This document shows, piece by piece, positions 41,630 to 54,299 of a stretch of 64,000 nucleotides of DNA (the first letter of the stretch is position 1; each line of letters starts with the position of its first letter). The stretch is from assembly GCF_006345805.1 (NCBI RefSeq), contig NC_043008.1:28086001-28150000 (forward strand), read 5' to 3'. The DNA comes from Octopus sinensis. Its lineage: Eukaryota. Both the position numbers and the translations under genes were made by a program. The notes beneath the pieces are model-generated. The model did not search any database. It was given only the letters and a program-made list of their open reading frames with translations, and was not told the DNA's origin.

Positions 41630-42805
41630 AGGTAACAATTAGAAATTGGTCATTAGTAATGAATGATCATAATTGAATTATGGTTAAGATAACATTTACA
41701 GATGTTTTAGTTTTTCACTTTTGAGATATACTTGTGTTTATTTCGCTCGTTCCATAGAACAATCACCATCGGAATGATTTAAATTTAACAGAAGAATATT
41801 GACAGAAACTCGAATTTTACAGGTGAAAATAAGGCCACAAAGAATAGGAAAAGGAAAAAAGAATTAAGGAAAAGGTTCATTAGGTTGTTAGGCGTATATT
41901 TTTGCGTCCTTAAAAGATATCATGTTTGTGTACAGTTGCTTCAAGTAGATGGATAGCTCAGTGCGTAAAATGACGAGTTGACCGGCGGTGTTATTCGACA
42001 GTAATATCCAGCATACATAAAGTGTTGTTATATTTGGCCAGGTTTTACTACTCGTGAATATAATTTAAACAAATGAACTCGGCTAGAATATGGTAAATCA
42101 CTCGTTTAATCACATATATGCTGATGGTAGCACTAGCAATTAGTATGTTGGTCAGTGATCTAACTTTAATGTGAATATATTAAAGAGGATTGCAGCTGCG
42201 GGTCAACATCGTGCATCTAAATTAAATGATTCAGTTAGTCGGAAGTAAATTTAATACAATTGTGGTCTATGATATTATTTCGTGGTATGTGTTAAGGATT
42301 GGGTGTCAAAGGGAGGTAATCAATTAAACTTTTAAAAGCGGCCTTATTTTTTAACTAGGTTTTGTAGGAACTCACCGAGAGGACCCCAATAGCGTTATTT
42401 GTTACGATTAATGATGATGGATATTACTACCAGGTATAACTCTTTCGACAAACACCACTGGTCACCTGGTCATTTACTCCACTCACTGCTCCACTCATCT
42501 ACTTGGAGCAACTGTACACACATATGACATCATTTAAGAATGCGAAAATGTAACCATAACAACCTAATGAACCTTTTCCTTTTTCCGTTGTTTTTTTCCT
42601 TTTCTTTTTCCTTTTCTCTTCCTGTCCTCCTTCGATCTCCTTTTATTAATCCTGTGGTAAAGTTCAAATCATTCTGATTATGTTTGTTCAATGGAGCGCA
42701 ATTTTACCTAAAAAATAACAAACTAAAAGAGATGTAAATGTTATCTTTACCATAATTAACTATGATCATTCAATACTAATGATCAACTTCGAATTGTTAC
42801 ATGTG
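41630..42805. repeat. Old foldback with ~420-bp diverged arms
   Basis: 41630-42050 aligns in reverse with 42400-42805 (e.g. aggaaaaggttcattaggttgtta / taacaacctaatgaaccttttcct); a ~55-bp piece recurs at 43676-43735 in the 3' region of the neighbouring PLE. Confidence 0.75.
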
Positions 42806-42982
42806 GTTCTATTTCCTCTCGTATCTTTTCTGAATATATTGAACCACGGTTTACCCTTAAATTACCAACTGCAATTATCCTTACAGCAAGGCCTATACAC
42901 CAGTAGTGTCTACGGATATATGTATCACTTAGACTGTTGCATAAGCTCTAACTCATAATTTCTCTATCTCTCTCTCTCTCGC

Positions 42983-43050
<68 letters not shown>

Positions 43051-43058
43051 CACACACA

Positions 43059-43382
<324 letters not shown>

Positions 43383-43394
43383 ATAATAATAATA

Positions 43395-43436
<42 letters not shown>

Positions 43437-43489
43437 TGATAATAATAATTGTAAACAGAAAAGGAAGACCGCGACTCGATTGCAATAGA

Positions 43490-45720
43490 TATTGTATTAG
43501 TTCAACAATATCTCCACAGCAAGCCTTTGTCGAGTTCAAAATAAAAAGTGATAAAACTCCAAAATTACAAAGATTAATATCTAAAGAATGAAGCAGAGCA
43601 ACCAATATCCACACGTTCATCGAATGACATCATCAGTCTGTAAGTTTCAATTTTATAAATGGCGAAAAGAAAAATATTATCTTTACCATAATTAAACTAT
43701 GGTCATTCAATACTAATGATCAAGTCCGGTAATTTTTTATCATTCATCCAGTGCCTGATGTTAATAACCCGCGAACATATTTCTTCCCGTGCATTTTGAG
43801 CATTGACAGTGAAGCAGATTCAGAATATTTTTCCTGAGAATATGCATTTTCAAGTCTCTTGTCAAAATTGCAGCCATTTGAAGCATAATGTTCGGCAAGT
43901 TCTGTCGAACTACTGTTATTGTGCTTAATGTCATATCTCTGCCCATTAAATCTTTTGTTTAATTGTTCTGTTGTACACCCAACATAAATCAAGTTGTGTT
44001 TCTTGTATTCTGCCTCGTACACCAAAGAGTAGTCTGTGCATGTCACACCTCCTTTATAAATCATAACATTTCTGTTATGATACCTGATGGAATAAACTTG
44101 ACTCATATTGTTGCACAGTGAACCGGGCTTACATCTTACATCGGCTGTTTTTCAAGATACAGGTTGCAGATAATCCAATGTTAATTTTCTTTTAAAGTCA
44201 CAAATACAGATAAAACGTTCAGTTATATTTTTATTCCATCTAATGTCTACGGTAGGCGGCCGAGGAAATATCTGTTTGAAACAAAGATATTTCTTTTGCA
44301 ACATGCTGATAACTTTCATGTAACATTTATGAAATGCCAGTGAAATTTCGGTACCAGTTTATCACTGAAAGGATTCTGTAACATACTGTATTGTGTTTTC
44401 TAAAATTATGCGTAGAGTTTTGACTTTCTTCCCTAATCTTCGCTCTGTCACTTTCTATTTCATTTAATCATGAATCACTGCAACCGCGTTTGACATAATG
44501 GAATAAGAAGCATTTGCATATTTTCAGTTATCCCCTATGTCAGTACAAATCCGTACTATCCTCAAAAATCGGGATTTCGGTTTTGACCAAATTATATGTG
44601 ATGGTGGAAGAACATTTGGATCACGTGGGCTTGCAAAATAATTGTTACTATTCTGGTTCGAGAAATCTTAAATCTTGTGTTCAACAATTCAACGCTACTT
44701 TTTGAAAACTAGACTCAAATCTCATATTGGACTTAAAGCCATATTGTTTAGCATAACAACCACAGAAATGCAAGAAGTCAATTAAACTATCATGGGATCC
44801 TTTCTAGACAAAGAAGACGTCATCAATGAACCGTAACCAGAGTATTGTTTCATGACTATGTAATGATTTGAATGACTTCAGTAACTCTGTCTCGAATTTC
44901 GTCATGACATTAGCGAAATTAACTGCCATTGGGTTCCCCGTGGCGTAATCCCACGTCTGGTGGTAAACTATTCGTCTAAACTTCATTGATTGAGTTAGCT
45001 TGTGACACAAACCTCATTAACCTACAGAGAAAATTTAATGGAATACTTTTTTGGCCGTTTTTGGCATGCTTCTACCCTTTCATATATCCTTTCATCATGA
45101 AACATTCATAGTTAGCAAAAAAAAACAGCTTTCGACATGGCTTTGGTACTTAAGAACGTTGTTGATTTTAGGCACAAGATCAAAAGTATCGTTAATATAG
45201 GAACTTGATCTTTTGGTGACAGTGAGTAGAAAGCCATCCAGTCATTCCGAAAACTTCGCTCTACAACATTCATATCTGCTGTAAACTGAGCGCATTGAAG
45301 TAAATCTTTCGAAATTTTTGTGTATTTTAGGGAGACCATAAAATACAGGTGTTCGTCTTTCTGACCGAAAAAATACTGGATTCAGCCTTCTTAATTTAAT
45401 TTTGTTCCTCCATTTCCAGAATTATTTTCTCAAGTTCCTCTCTGTAATTGGGGTTTGAATTGACATGTAATTATTCATAAGACATTTTGTTGCTTAAGAC
45501 TTCTTCACAAGTTGAGATATACTCCCTTTTAGTCGATAATTATGATAGCATCACACATATCCGTTATTTTAATAATATATTCCTTATTAGCTAGACGTCG
45601 GAGGGCATAACATTGAGAAGGTTATATTCCAGGACATCTTTCCATTTCATTCATGTCTCTCAATAATGCCTGTCTGCCAGGATTCAAGAAATTCCAGAGG
45701 TGCATTTGAACATCCACCCC
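43490..45720 (-). mobile_element. Decayed Penelope-like element (RT then GIY-YIG)
   Basis: TPVFYGLPKIHK, SYINDT, ATGNPMAVNFAN, WLRFIDDVFFV (44804-45010), then LVYEAEY..IYVGCT..LNKRFNG (43744-44106); 3' region has a decayed ctgatgatgtc motif. Confidence 0.85.
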
Positions 45721-46790
45721 TAACATTGTCTGGATAACATTTGGGAAATAGTATATAAAATAGCAACGATTAGCAAAGAAAGTGAAACCTACAGCATGTT
45801 GCTGAAAACATTTCTCATTTCAAACAGATACTTACGCAGCCTTCAGAAGGAATACAAATATAAGAGAACGATTTACCTGTATTTCTGACTCAAGAAAACT
45901 GACATTCTCTTACATGCTGCTTGTACCTTGAAAAACAACTGCAAGGACTATTCATTGTACAAGATGAATCAAATGTATTTCATCAGGAATCATAACACAA
46001 ATGTTATGATATATACTGAAGGTGAGGCATGCAGAGATTTCCATTTGGTGTACGAGGCAGAACACACAAAACAGTTGATTTATGTTGATTGCAAAATAGA
46101 AAAATTAAACAAAAGATGCGATGGGGTCAGATATGACGTCAGGCACAATAACAGTAGTTCGAGAGAACTTGCAGTATATTTTGCTTCAAATGGTTGCAAT
46201 TTTAAAACAGACTTGAAAGTACATATTCGCAGAAAATATTCTGAGTCTGCTTCACATTCAATATCCAAAATGCATGAGGAGAAATATGTTTGCGAGTTAT
46301 TAATATCAAGCCCTGGAGGAATGAATTATATGGCTGGAGAATATCATCAAATGTATTCAAAACTTTTGATTAAATGTCCTTCTTTTCCTTTTATATTTGT
46401 TTCCTTTTCTTCTCTCTTTTCTATCTTTTCCTTTTATTTAAAACATAAAAACCGATGATGTCATTCCATTAACGTTTGGATGCTGGTAGCTCTCGTTCAT
46501 TCTTTAGATATGAATTTCTGTAATTTTGAATTTTTTTCAATTGTTAACTTTTTCTTTTTCCCTGTAATAAAATTGAAACTTAAAACCCGATGATGTCATT
46601 ATATCAACGTGTTGACGCTGGTTCCTCTCGTTAATACTTTACATTTAAATTTCTATAATTTTGAAGTTTTAGCACTTCTTATTTTGAACTTCACAAAGAG
46701 AGTCTTACTGTTGAAATATTGTGCAGCCAATAAAATATCTATCTATCACAATCGAATCTCGCTCTTTGTCTTCACTGTTTAACTTTGTGA
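45720..46790 (+). mobile_element. Second, inverted PLE 3' half (GIY-YIG ORF 45928-46458 plus duplicated pLTR)
   Basis: Protein clearly homologous to the 43744-44106 ORF; gatgatgtcatt block repeated at ~46455 and ~46589. Confidence 0.8.
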
Positions 46791-46869
46791 AGAGTTACGT
46801 CAATCCTTTTTAAGTAGTAATAATAATAATGATGATGATGATGATGATAATAATAATAATAATAATACC

Positions 46870-47430
46870 AGTAATGGCCTGATGCTGTACCAGGCAGTGG
46901 CTATCATGGCTTCTAATCTTAACTGAATAGAAGAGTTTTCATTTACATTCTTTCGTCTTGGTTTAACAGATCGCCTAATGCAAATATTCTACTCAATACC
47001 ACACATTCGCTCGTCAGTTATTTCACATTGACCAGTTAAGATTTTCATTTAGTGGCTGATGATATGTGCATCTCTGATCACGAGCATAAATAGTGGGGTA
47101 GCATCATAGCCATGTGTTGAAAGGAATGTTTGGTGATTGATTAAATCACCTTATTCTTAAACAGCCTTTATTGATGGATATTTTGAGTGGGATGTGTTAC
47201 TCGACCTGTCGAGAATTCTAACTGAACCCCACCTGCAAGGACATGCACTGTTTATATTCATATAAGATCACCATGTCGAGCACATTGGTTGTGATGCAGG
47301 GGCCTTGCGTACCCTTGCTGGACGGGTAGTCGTGATTGGTATGTTGGGCTTAGTATATTTTACCCCAGTGTCACTTTGATGGCATGCGCTGCTCTCTCAC
47401 TGAATAATAGTACTAATAACAATAATACCA
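46870..47430 (+). mobile_element. 3' portion of a LINE-like repeat
   Basis: Ends in ccccagtgtcactttgatggcatgcgctgctctctcact plus AAT-rich tail shared with 20431-20495. Confidence 0.55.
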
Positions 47431-47804
47431 GGATGGAATTTAGGAATATTTCATACTCATTAATAGCCGGAGTAATGAAATGTGAGCTTTAATTACATGA
47501 CCCTAACGTTACCTAAAGAAATTTAAAAGATAGACACACACACACGTGTATATATATACAAACTTTGAAGGTGAGCAAAGGTGTATGTACGCAGTTATGT
47601 GTATACATAAATCCAAGAAACGGAATAAGCACTAACTGACGACAATAAAAACACACGGACATACAGACGATACAAAGACAGCATAACTGGAAGCTTCACT
47701 GATGAATAGAGATTCACGAATGAACCGCCATGCCTTTTCCTGTCCATCTTTGTATCGTCTATCTGTCCATATGTCGTCCGTTACGTTATTATTCCGTTTC
47801 TTGG

Positions 47805-47866
<62 letters not shown>

Positions 47867-47871
47867 ATCTT

Positions 47872-47913
<42 letters not shown>

Positions 47914-47959
47914 TGAGTGGTCGAACGAAAGAAAGGCATACAACCAGTGTATTGGAAGT

Positions 47960-48780
47960 TACATGAATGGATCACAACAGCTTGATTCAATTTCGATTGT
48001 ACGCTGTAGTTGGAAGCGTGATGCTAGTCGTCAGCTATTTCGAATTTCGAAGACAGAAGTTGATTATTATTACTGTAAGGTGATCTGCGATTGGTCGAGG
48101 AAGGTTATGCGATATCGTGGTTTTATGTTGGTAAATGGGTAAATGTTAGTTGGAAAATAATGCATAGAGAGCAGAATATTGACCACGTGGACAAGAAATA
48201 GACTATTAGTCGGTCAGGTTGTTGGATGTAAGTAGGAGGGGGGCATTTGCTAGTATATATCTGGGTGTGCACAGACTCTAATATAATTTTTCGTGCATGT
48301 GTATATTGATACCCATGTGTGAATCTGTACGCACACGCGCGTCTGCACACACATACACACGCTTATACACACATGTACGTACATAGGCTCATACACACAT
48401 GCTTATTCATTCATATGTACATACGCATATTCGCATACATGCATGCAAAAGTATACGGGCAAGTCTGCACACCCACAATATAGAACTATATACTTGCATA
48501 TGCCGCCCCGTCCTACTCCCCCAACAACCTGACCGGCTTCTAATCTATTTCCTGTTCTCCACTTTGTCAATTTCGTGTTCGCCATGCTGTGTTTTCCAAT
48601 TAACTGTTACTCATATACCAACATCAAACCACGACACCATTTCCGACCTTTCTAGTCCAATTCCACCCTATCTTACCTTAATAACATTCAAGTTCAGTCA
48701 TTCAAATTCTCAATGGCTGACGACTAGTTTCGCGTTTGAATCTCAAGATTACCAATGAATTTGTATCAAACTGTTGTGAT

Positions 48781-48785
<5 letters not shown>
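47960..48785. repeat. Old foldback with ~350-bp diverged arms between (TA)n tracts
   Basis: ggatcacaacag..ctagtcgtcagc at 47967-48035 vs reverse copy at 48700-48783; opposite-strand ORFs 48123-48350 and 48399-48758 both read QQPDRL..YF...FQLT.TH.PT. Confidence 0.75.
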
Positions 48786-48817
<32 letters not shown>

Positions 48818-48819
<2 letters not shown>

Positions 48820-49053
48820 CATAGGAGTGTGGTAAGTAGCTTGCTTAGCAACCATATGGTTCCGGGTTCAGTCCCACTGCGTGGCACCTTCTGCAAGTGT
48901 CTTCTACTATAGCCTCGGGCCGACCAAAGCCTTGTGAGTACTAGGCTTACAAATAATAAATCCTGGGGTCGATTTGCTCGACTAAAGGCAGTGCTCCAGC
49001 ATGACAATAGTCAAATGCCTGAAACAAGTAAAAGAGTCATGAGAGTAAAAGAG
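48818..49053 (+). mobile_element. OR-like SINE with internal deletion
   Basis: Head ends at gccttgtgagt and continues directly into tail actaggcttacaaa; the microsatellite and middle region are absent. Confidence 0.75.
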
Positions 49054-50508
49054 TATATACTCACACTATTTGCTAGAGTAGGTTTTACATGAAATGACAT
49101 GCCAACATCTACCGCGCGATTTTGACTCACCTAGTTGCTGCTTTTGGTTTTCTTTGCGCTGTCATCAATATCTATCTACTTGCGGAACACAACTCTTTCT
49201 ACAGTATTACTTATTTATTTGTATATGTTATCTTTCTTTTTTTTATTTATTTGAGTTCAGTATAAAGGTGTACACATTTTGCGATATGTTATTACTCTAT
49301 CCACCTATAACAACCAAAGAAATTAAAAGTTGGATCATTCATTATATGGGTGTGTATGATTTGGGGTTGTGATTACGTTAATACATTACGTTATAATTCA
49401 AGATCTAAAATAACGAAATGGAACGAAAATACGGGGGTCATGTAAATTTATTGTTTCTTTTCCCATACTTTTGCCTCGATTTAACGAGAGAAATTTATTT
49501 TGTTTTAATTTGTAAAGTGTAATTGTTCTTCAGATGAGAAATATTGAGGTATTACTGAGCTACAATATGAATATTCTAGAAGCTTAAATGCGTTTTTTGT
49601 TTTCAATATAAATCAATGTACTATCCTATCAGAGCTTTAATTGAAGATTTTATACTTTTCTATTACGTAAATTCTATTGCTAAATTCAATGGCTCAACTG
49701 ATAACATTAATTTACTAATTAAGTTATGCACACATTCTTTACATTTTTCTCTGTCTGCTTATAATGTCCATAATTTCTACTAATATAGTAATTTATCAGA
49801 AAATATTCACAGCGTCTATCTAAGTCTTCTTTAATTTTTTTTTATTTCTTTCATATAACTTTTCTTTTCTTGAAAGATTAATTTTGTGATCAATGCCTGT
49901 TTATATGATCAAGTTTATATGATTTATAATGTTGTTTATATTTAAAATAAATAGTTTACTTTCAATTATCAGACTTGAGTTAAACAAAAGTAATGACGAT
50001 GATAAAATATCAAGTTATTTACCAAGAAGTTTCAAAGATTTGTCGAAAAGTGAGCATTTAAATAAGGAAATAGTCTCAAGTCTCTAACAAAGACAATTTT
50101 CCTAAGTACACGTCACCACAAATGTCAGATGTTTCCTGAAAGAGACCGCCAGAAATCCTGTAATATTGAACTCCAAAGAAATTTGGAAAACTACACTGAA
50201 ATATATTTATGTAAGGATATTTGCTGAACAAATTCAAGTAATTAGGGAGTCGAGGAATAGAGGGAGGTATAGCGAGACTTCATCCAGATCGCATTTTAAA
50301 CAAAGCAAGAGGAACTGGAACTGCAGTAGACGATAAAGGCCAAAGATAAAGGCCATCGTCATCATACATGAGATATATTAGGTAAGTTTGAACTTAAACC
50401 TTCATTTAAGGTGTGGTTTACATAGCTAGCAGATGCCGTGCGCCTATTCCTCATGGTAGAAAAGACTGCCATCATATATATATTTATGTGTGTGTTTCTA
50501 CAAATGTG

Positions 50509-50574
<66 letters not shown>

Positions 50575-50642
50575 TTAACAATTAAAGATAACCTCTTAAT
50601 AAGGAATCTTAACAAGAAATTATCAGGTAGATAGCATGAATC

Positions 50643-50704
50643 AGTCTTGCTGATGAGTACGGTCGCAACTGCGGTAAGTACGAAATCACAGATGATACAA
50701 GACT
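50643..50704 (+). ncRNA. Type I hammerhead ribozyme, family A2 copy 1
   Basis: agtcttg CTGATGA gtac ggtcgcaactgcggtaa gtac GAAA tcacagatga TA caagact. Confidence 0.9.
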
Positions 50705-51123
50705 AAATTCATTTTTTAAATGTCTTGCTTTGAAAAATTGCATTGGGTATGATTAGTAAAATTTTTTGCTAGAAATGACTAATGTCCCTCTTAGCGTGTG
50801 GCATGTATGTGTAATGATGCCCTCTATATATAAAGTAATATGTTCAATAAGAAAGAATTATTTTCGAATTTTTTTCTCTTATGAGGTTTTTCACGCTATC
50901 TACCTGATAATTTCTTGTTAAGATTCCTTATTAAGAAGTTATCCTTAATTGTTAAATAATTTTATTCCAAAAAAACTTTTCCTACCCGAAATGCAATTCG
51001 AAGAAGCCTGCCATTTACCGGATGTATTATATGTAAACTTCCCCATGTGCTTCGTTGGAGTAGAACACATAGCTGTTCGGCTTTGACGGTGCGAGGTCGT
51101 TTATTTATGATATGTTCAGAATC

Positions 51124-51185
51124 AGTCTTGCTGATGAGTACGGTCGCAACTGCGGTAAGTACGAAATCACAGGTGATACAAGACT
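51124..51185 (+). ncRNA. Type I hammerhead ribozyme, family A2 copy 2
   Basis: As copy 1 with stem III tcac-ag-gtga; canonical G10.1-C11.1 pair. Confidence 0.9.
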
Positions 51186-51313
51186 AAATTCATTTTTTAA
51201 ATGTCTTGCTTTGAAAAATTGCATTGGGTATGATTAGTAAAATTTTTTGGTAGAAATGACTAATGTCCCTCTTAGCGTGTGGCATGTATGTGTAATAATG
51301 CCCTCTATATATA

Positions 51314-51415
<102 letters not shown>

Positions 51416-51555
51416 CTATATATATATGTATGTTTTATTTATATTTCCTGAAAGCCATACTAATACAATTGTTTGTTTGTATTCCACCTGCCTTCGTCTT
51501 TTGTTTATTTCCGTAAACCTGCCTACGACTTTTGTCTATTTTCATAAAGCTTCCG

Positions 51556-51607
<52 letters not shown>

Positions 51608-51757
51608 CGGGAAGAATGGTTTCCCTTTGCAAATACTCATAGGGCACAGAAAAGTGTGTCAATAGCCCGCTGGAGGCGGTGTCCTCCTGGGACAACAAGC
51701 TACAGTAGCATCCACCCTTAAAGGTTAGCCACATTTAAGTGGCAAATATAATTCACG

Positions 51758-51845
<88 letters not shown>

Positions 51846-51864
51846 TTGTATGTATGTATATAAT

Positions 51865-52140
51865 GAAGGAATATAGCTCAGTGGTTAGTGTCGAACTTAC
51901 GATCTTGAGTTTGAGTTCGATTCCCGGATAGCGCTGCGTGTTGTGTTCTTGAGCACGCCTCTTTTTTTCATGTTGCTCCAGTTCACTCAGCTGTAGAAAT
52001 GACTTGCAACATCATTGGTGCTAAGCTGTACCGGCCGTTGTTTTTCCCTTGAATAACATCGGTGGCGTGGAGAGGAAATGTTGGTTGCATGGACAATTGC
52101 TGGTGTTCCATAAAAATGATCATAGGTTACGCGTCAGTCG
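51865..52140 (+). mobile_element. tRNA-derived SINE of a third family
   Basis: A box tagctcagtgg, B box gagttcgattcc, then cttgagcacg..ttgctccagttcactcagctgtagaaatg. Confidence 0.65.
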
Positions 52141-52174
52141 CAGAAAACGATTCCTGGACTAATTCTTTCTAAGC

Positions 52175-52265
52175 TTGGCTTTTATTCTATCGGTTCTTCG
52201 GCCGTAGCACTAGTTTACGGGGACGTAAACACACCAACTAGGTTTGGAGAGATAAACACAGACAC
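52175..52265 (-). mobile_element. OR-like SINE tail fragment
   Basis: ttattctatcggt..tttacggggacgtaaacacacc. Confidence 0.55.
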
Positions 52266-52359
52266 AAAGACAAACACATAAATACTAGCACATAAATACA
52301 CACGCGCACACACATATACACACAGACACACATATATATATATATATATATACACACAT

Positions 52360-53218
52360 GTATAAGAAGTTACGCAAATTTGTAAATGACATGACATCTC
52401 ATTTTAACAGCTATCTTTACCAAATCTCCATAAAAATATCTAAAACTAAAAAGTACATTTATTCAATAAAATCGACATTCACTTCAACCACGGCCTCACA
52501 CGACTTTGGGATCTCCTGCAACTTTACTGGACGATCTCCTTGTTTAAGTTGGTGAATGCTACCATAATCCTAGCCTTCAATTTATCTTCGGTATTTTACG
52601 GAATTTTCTTGGTCACTCGCTCAACTGAGCCCCACACATAATAATGAATGGGGTTGCAGTCTAGTGAGTTATGCGGCTAGATATTAGGGGTGATGTGGTC
52701 GCAGAAATTATCTGATAGCCATGACTTGGTTCCCCTGTTTGGATGGCATCTTGCAGAATCCTGTTGCCAGACATAGGGTCATTCAGCAGTCACTCACTTG
52801 ATCAAGGGCAACGCTACTTCCTCCAGTCACTTGATATGGGCCTCTGTGTTGAGAGTGAGGCCGTGTAGGAACATGAATGGAGGCATAAGGTCGCTATCAC
52901 TAGTGATCACTCAAAACACCATGCTCTTTATTGGATATTTTTACCACTCTAGGCACATGTTCTCACATTGGACTGTTCTCAAGTTGACTCCCAAATACTC
53001 GGAAGTGTTCGTACTGGATCTTCAGGCGCGAAAGCTAAGCAATACAGCATGCCGTTTCAAAATTTAGGGCAAAGTGAATTGCGTCATTGTGCTGTATTTC
53101 TCACAGACTGTTTTCAATTGACATTACTATGCTCTGTAGTCGACAAAATAAAAATAACAATGCGCATGCGCAAAATTAAGAATGCAAATTAGTGTCAATT
53201 GACCCATTGCACCCTGTA
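52360..53218 (-). mobile_element. Internally deleted Tc1/mariner (maT/DD37D-like) transposon
   Basis: TA-CAGGGTGCAATGGG terminus at 53218; MTQFTLP start at 53087 joined to MVF*VITSDSDLMPPF, YVWQQDSARCH, I*PHNSLDCNP and ..DFIE* (stop at 52459). Confidence 0.8.
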
Positions 53219-53242
53219 TATACGTGGATGCATGTTTGTATG

Positions 53243-53275
<33 letters not shown>

Positions 53276-53279
<4 letters not shown>

Positions 53280-53524
53280 GAAATATGTTACAAAAAGAAA
53301 ATAAAAAATACACGTGGATATGTAAGGGTAAAATATGAAAAATCAGCGTAAATGCACATTGCAAATAAAAAAAGGCTTTTTTATGACAGGTAACAACAAA
53401 TATATACATTTAGATGGATTGAGGTAGTAATAAATGTCATAAAAGTCATTATTATGAAATGATTATAAAGTCAGAAAACAAAGCGAACCATGGTTTCCGT
53501 TAAAAATCTATTCATCGCTTTCCA

Positions 53525-53526
<2 letters not shown>
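53276..53526 (-). repeat. ~250-bp dispersed repeat in (TA)n (copy 2)
   Basis: Homologous to 13270-13523. Confidence 0.65.
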
Positions 53527-53594
<68 letters not shown>

Positions 53595-54299
53595 TAGCTT
53601 GGAAGGTAGGTTGATAGGTATGTTTGTATTTTTTTATGACCGATCTTCGTGCTCATAATATTAATCCGCGAAATTAACCTAGAGGTCAAACTTTTATTAA
53701 ATATATGAAATTCCTACCAAAATTGTTGGTAATGTCTTTTGTTTGTCCTCTTATTCGTTTAAAACTCAAGGGTAATTCTAACACCCAGCGGTCATTGCCT
53801 AGCTTACTTGTACATACTTAGGTGATACCTTTTTCATGTATATCTCTAGCGCTAACATCATTAATATCACATTGCATAAAACGTATTTGCGTTCTGCACC
53901 TTCAATTGTAATGTCAACTCTCCGTATGTATCTAAGTACAGATATGGTTTCAATATAAAAGTGCAGAATGCTTACTATTCCCTTCAAACATATTCAATCA
54001 CGCAGCTTTTCAAGCTATCTACCGTTTTAAGATACACTTCTTGCCTTGCCGTGTGTAGGTAGACGATGAAATGCTGTAATTATGTCCACGTTCCTTGGTT
54101 GTACTGAAGGAATATTTTCTTCTAGAACATTTCACAACATCGATTCTAAAGAGATAATATACAAAATCAACTGCATGAAAACTTGAAATATATTTAGTTG
54201 TTGCACGATGACACCCATAAGTTCTCGAACATATCGTAGCTGGTCTTAACGCCTTATCTTATATTAGATGCTTATTTAACTTTTCTATTAGTCATATAG

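Larger units (their letters stand above)
50567..51312 (+). mobile_element. HHR-bearing tandem repeat, family A2, with inverted 5' segment
   Basis: 481-bp period (tcagtcttgctgatgag at 50641 and 51122), about 1.4 units; 50567-50640 is the reverse complement of 50890-50963 (3 mismatches); homologous to family A1; (TA)n on both sides. Confidence 0.9.

Noticed and set aside
43744-46458. Permuted N-terminal-endonuclease (Naiad-type) PLE
   Set aside because: On the coding strand the RT lies upstream of GIY-YIG; the extra endonuclease is an inverted copy.
47690-47735. CTGATGA at 47699 as a hammerhead
   Set aside because: No GAAA, stem II or stem I pairing downstream.
48712-48745. CTGACGA and opposite-strand GAAACTAGTC as a hammerhead
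   Set aside because: The two core halves are on opposite strands and no consistent three-stem fold was found.
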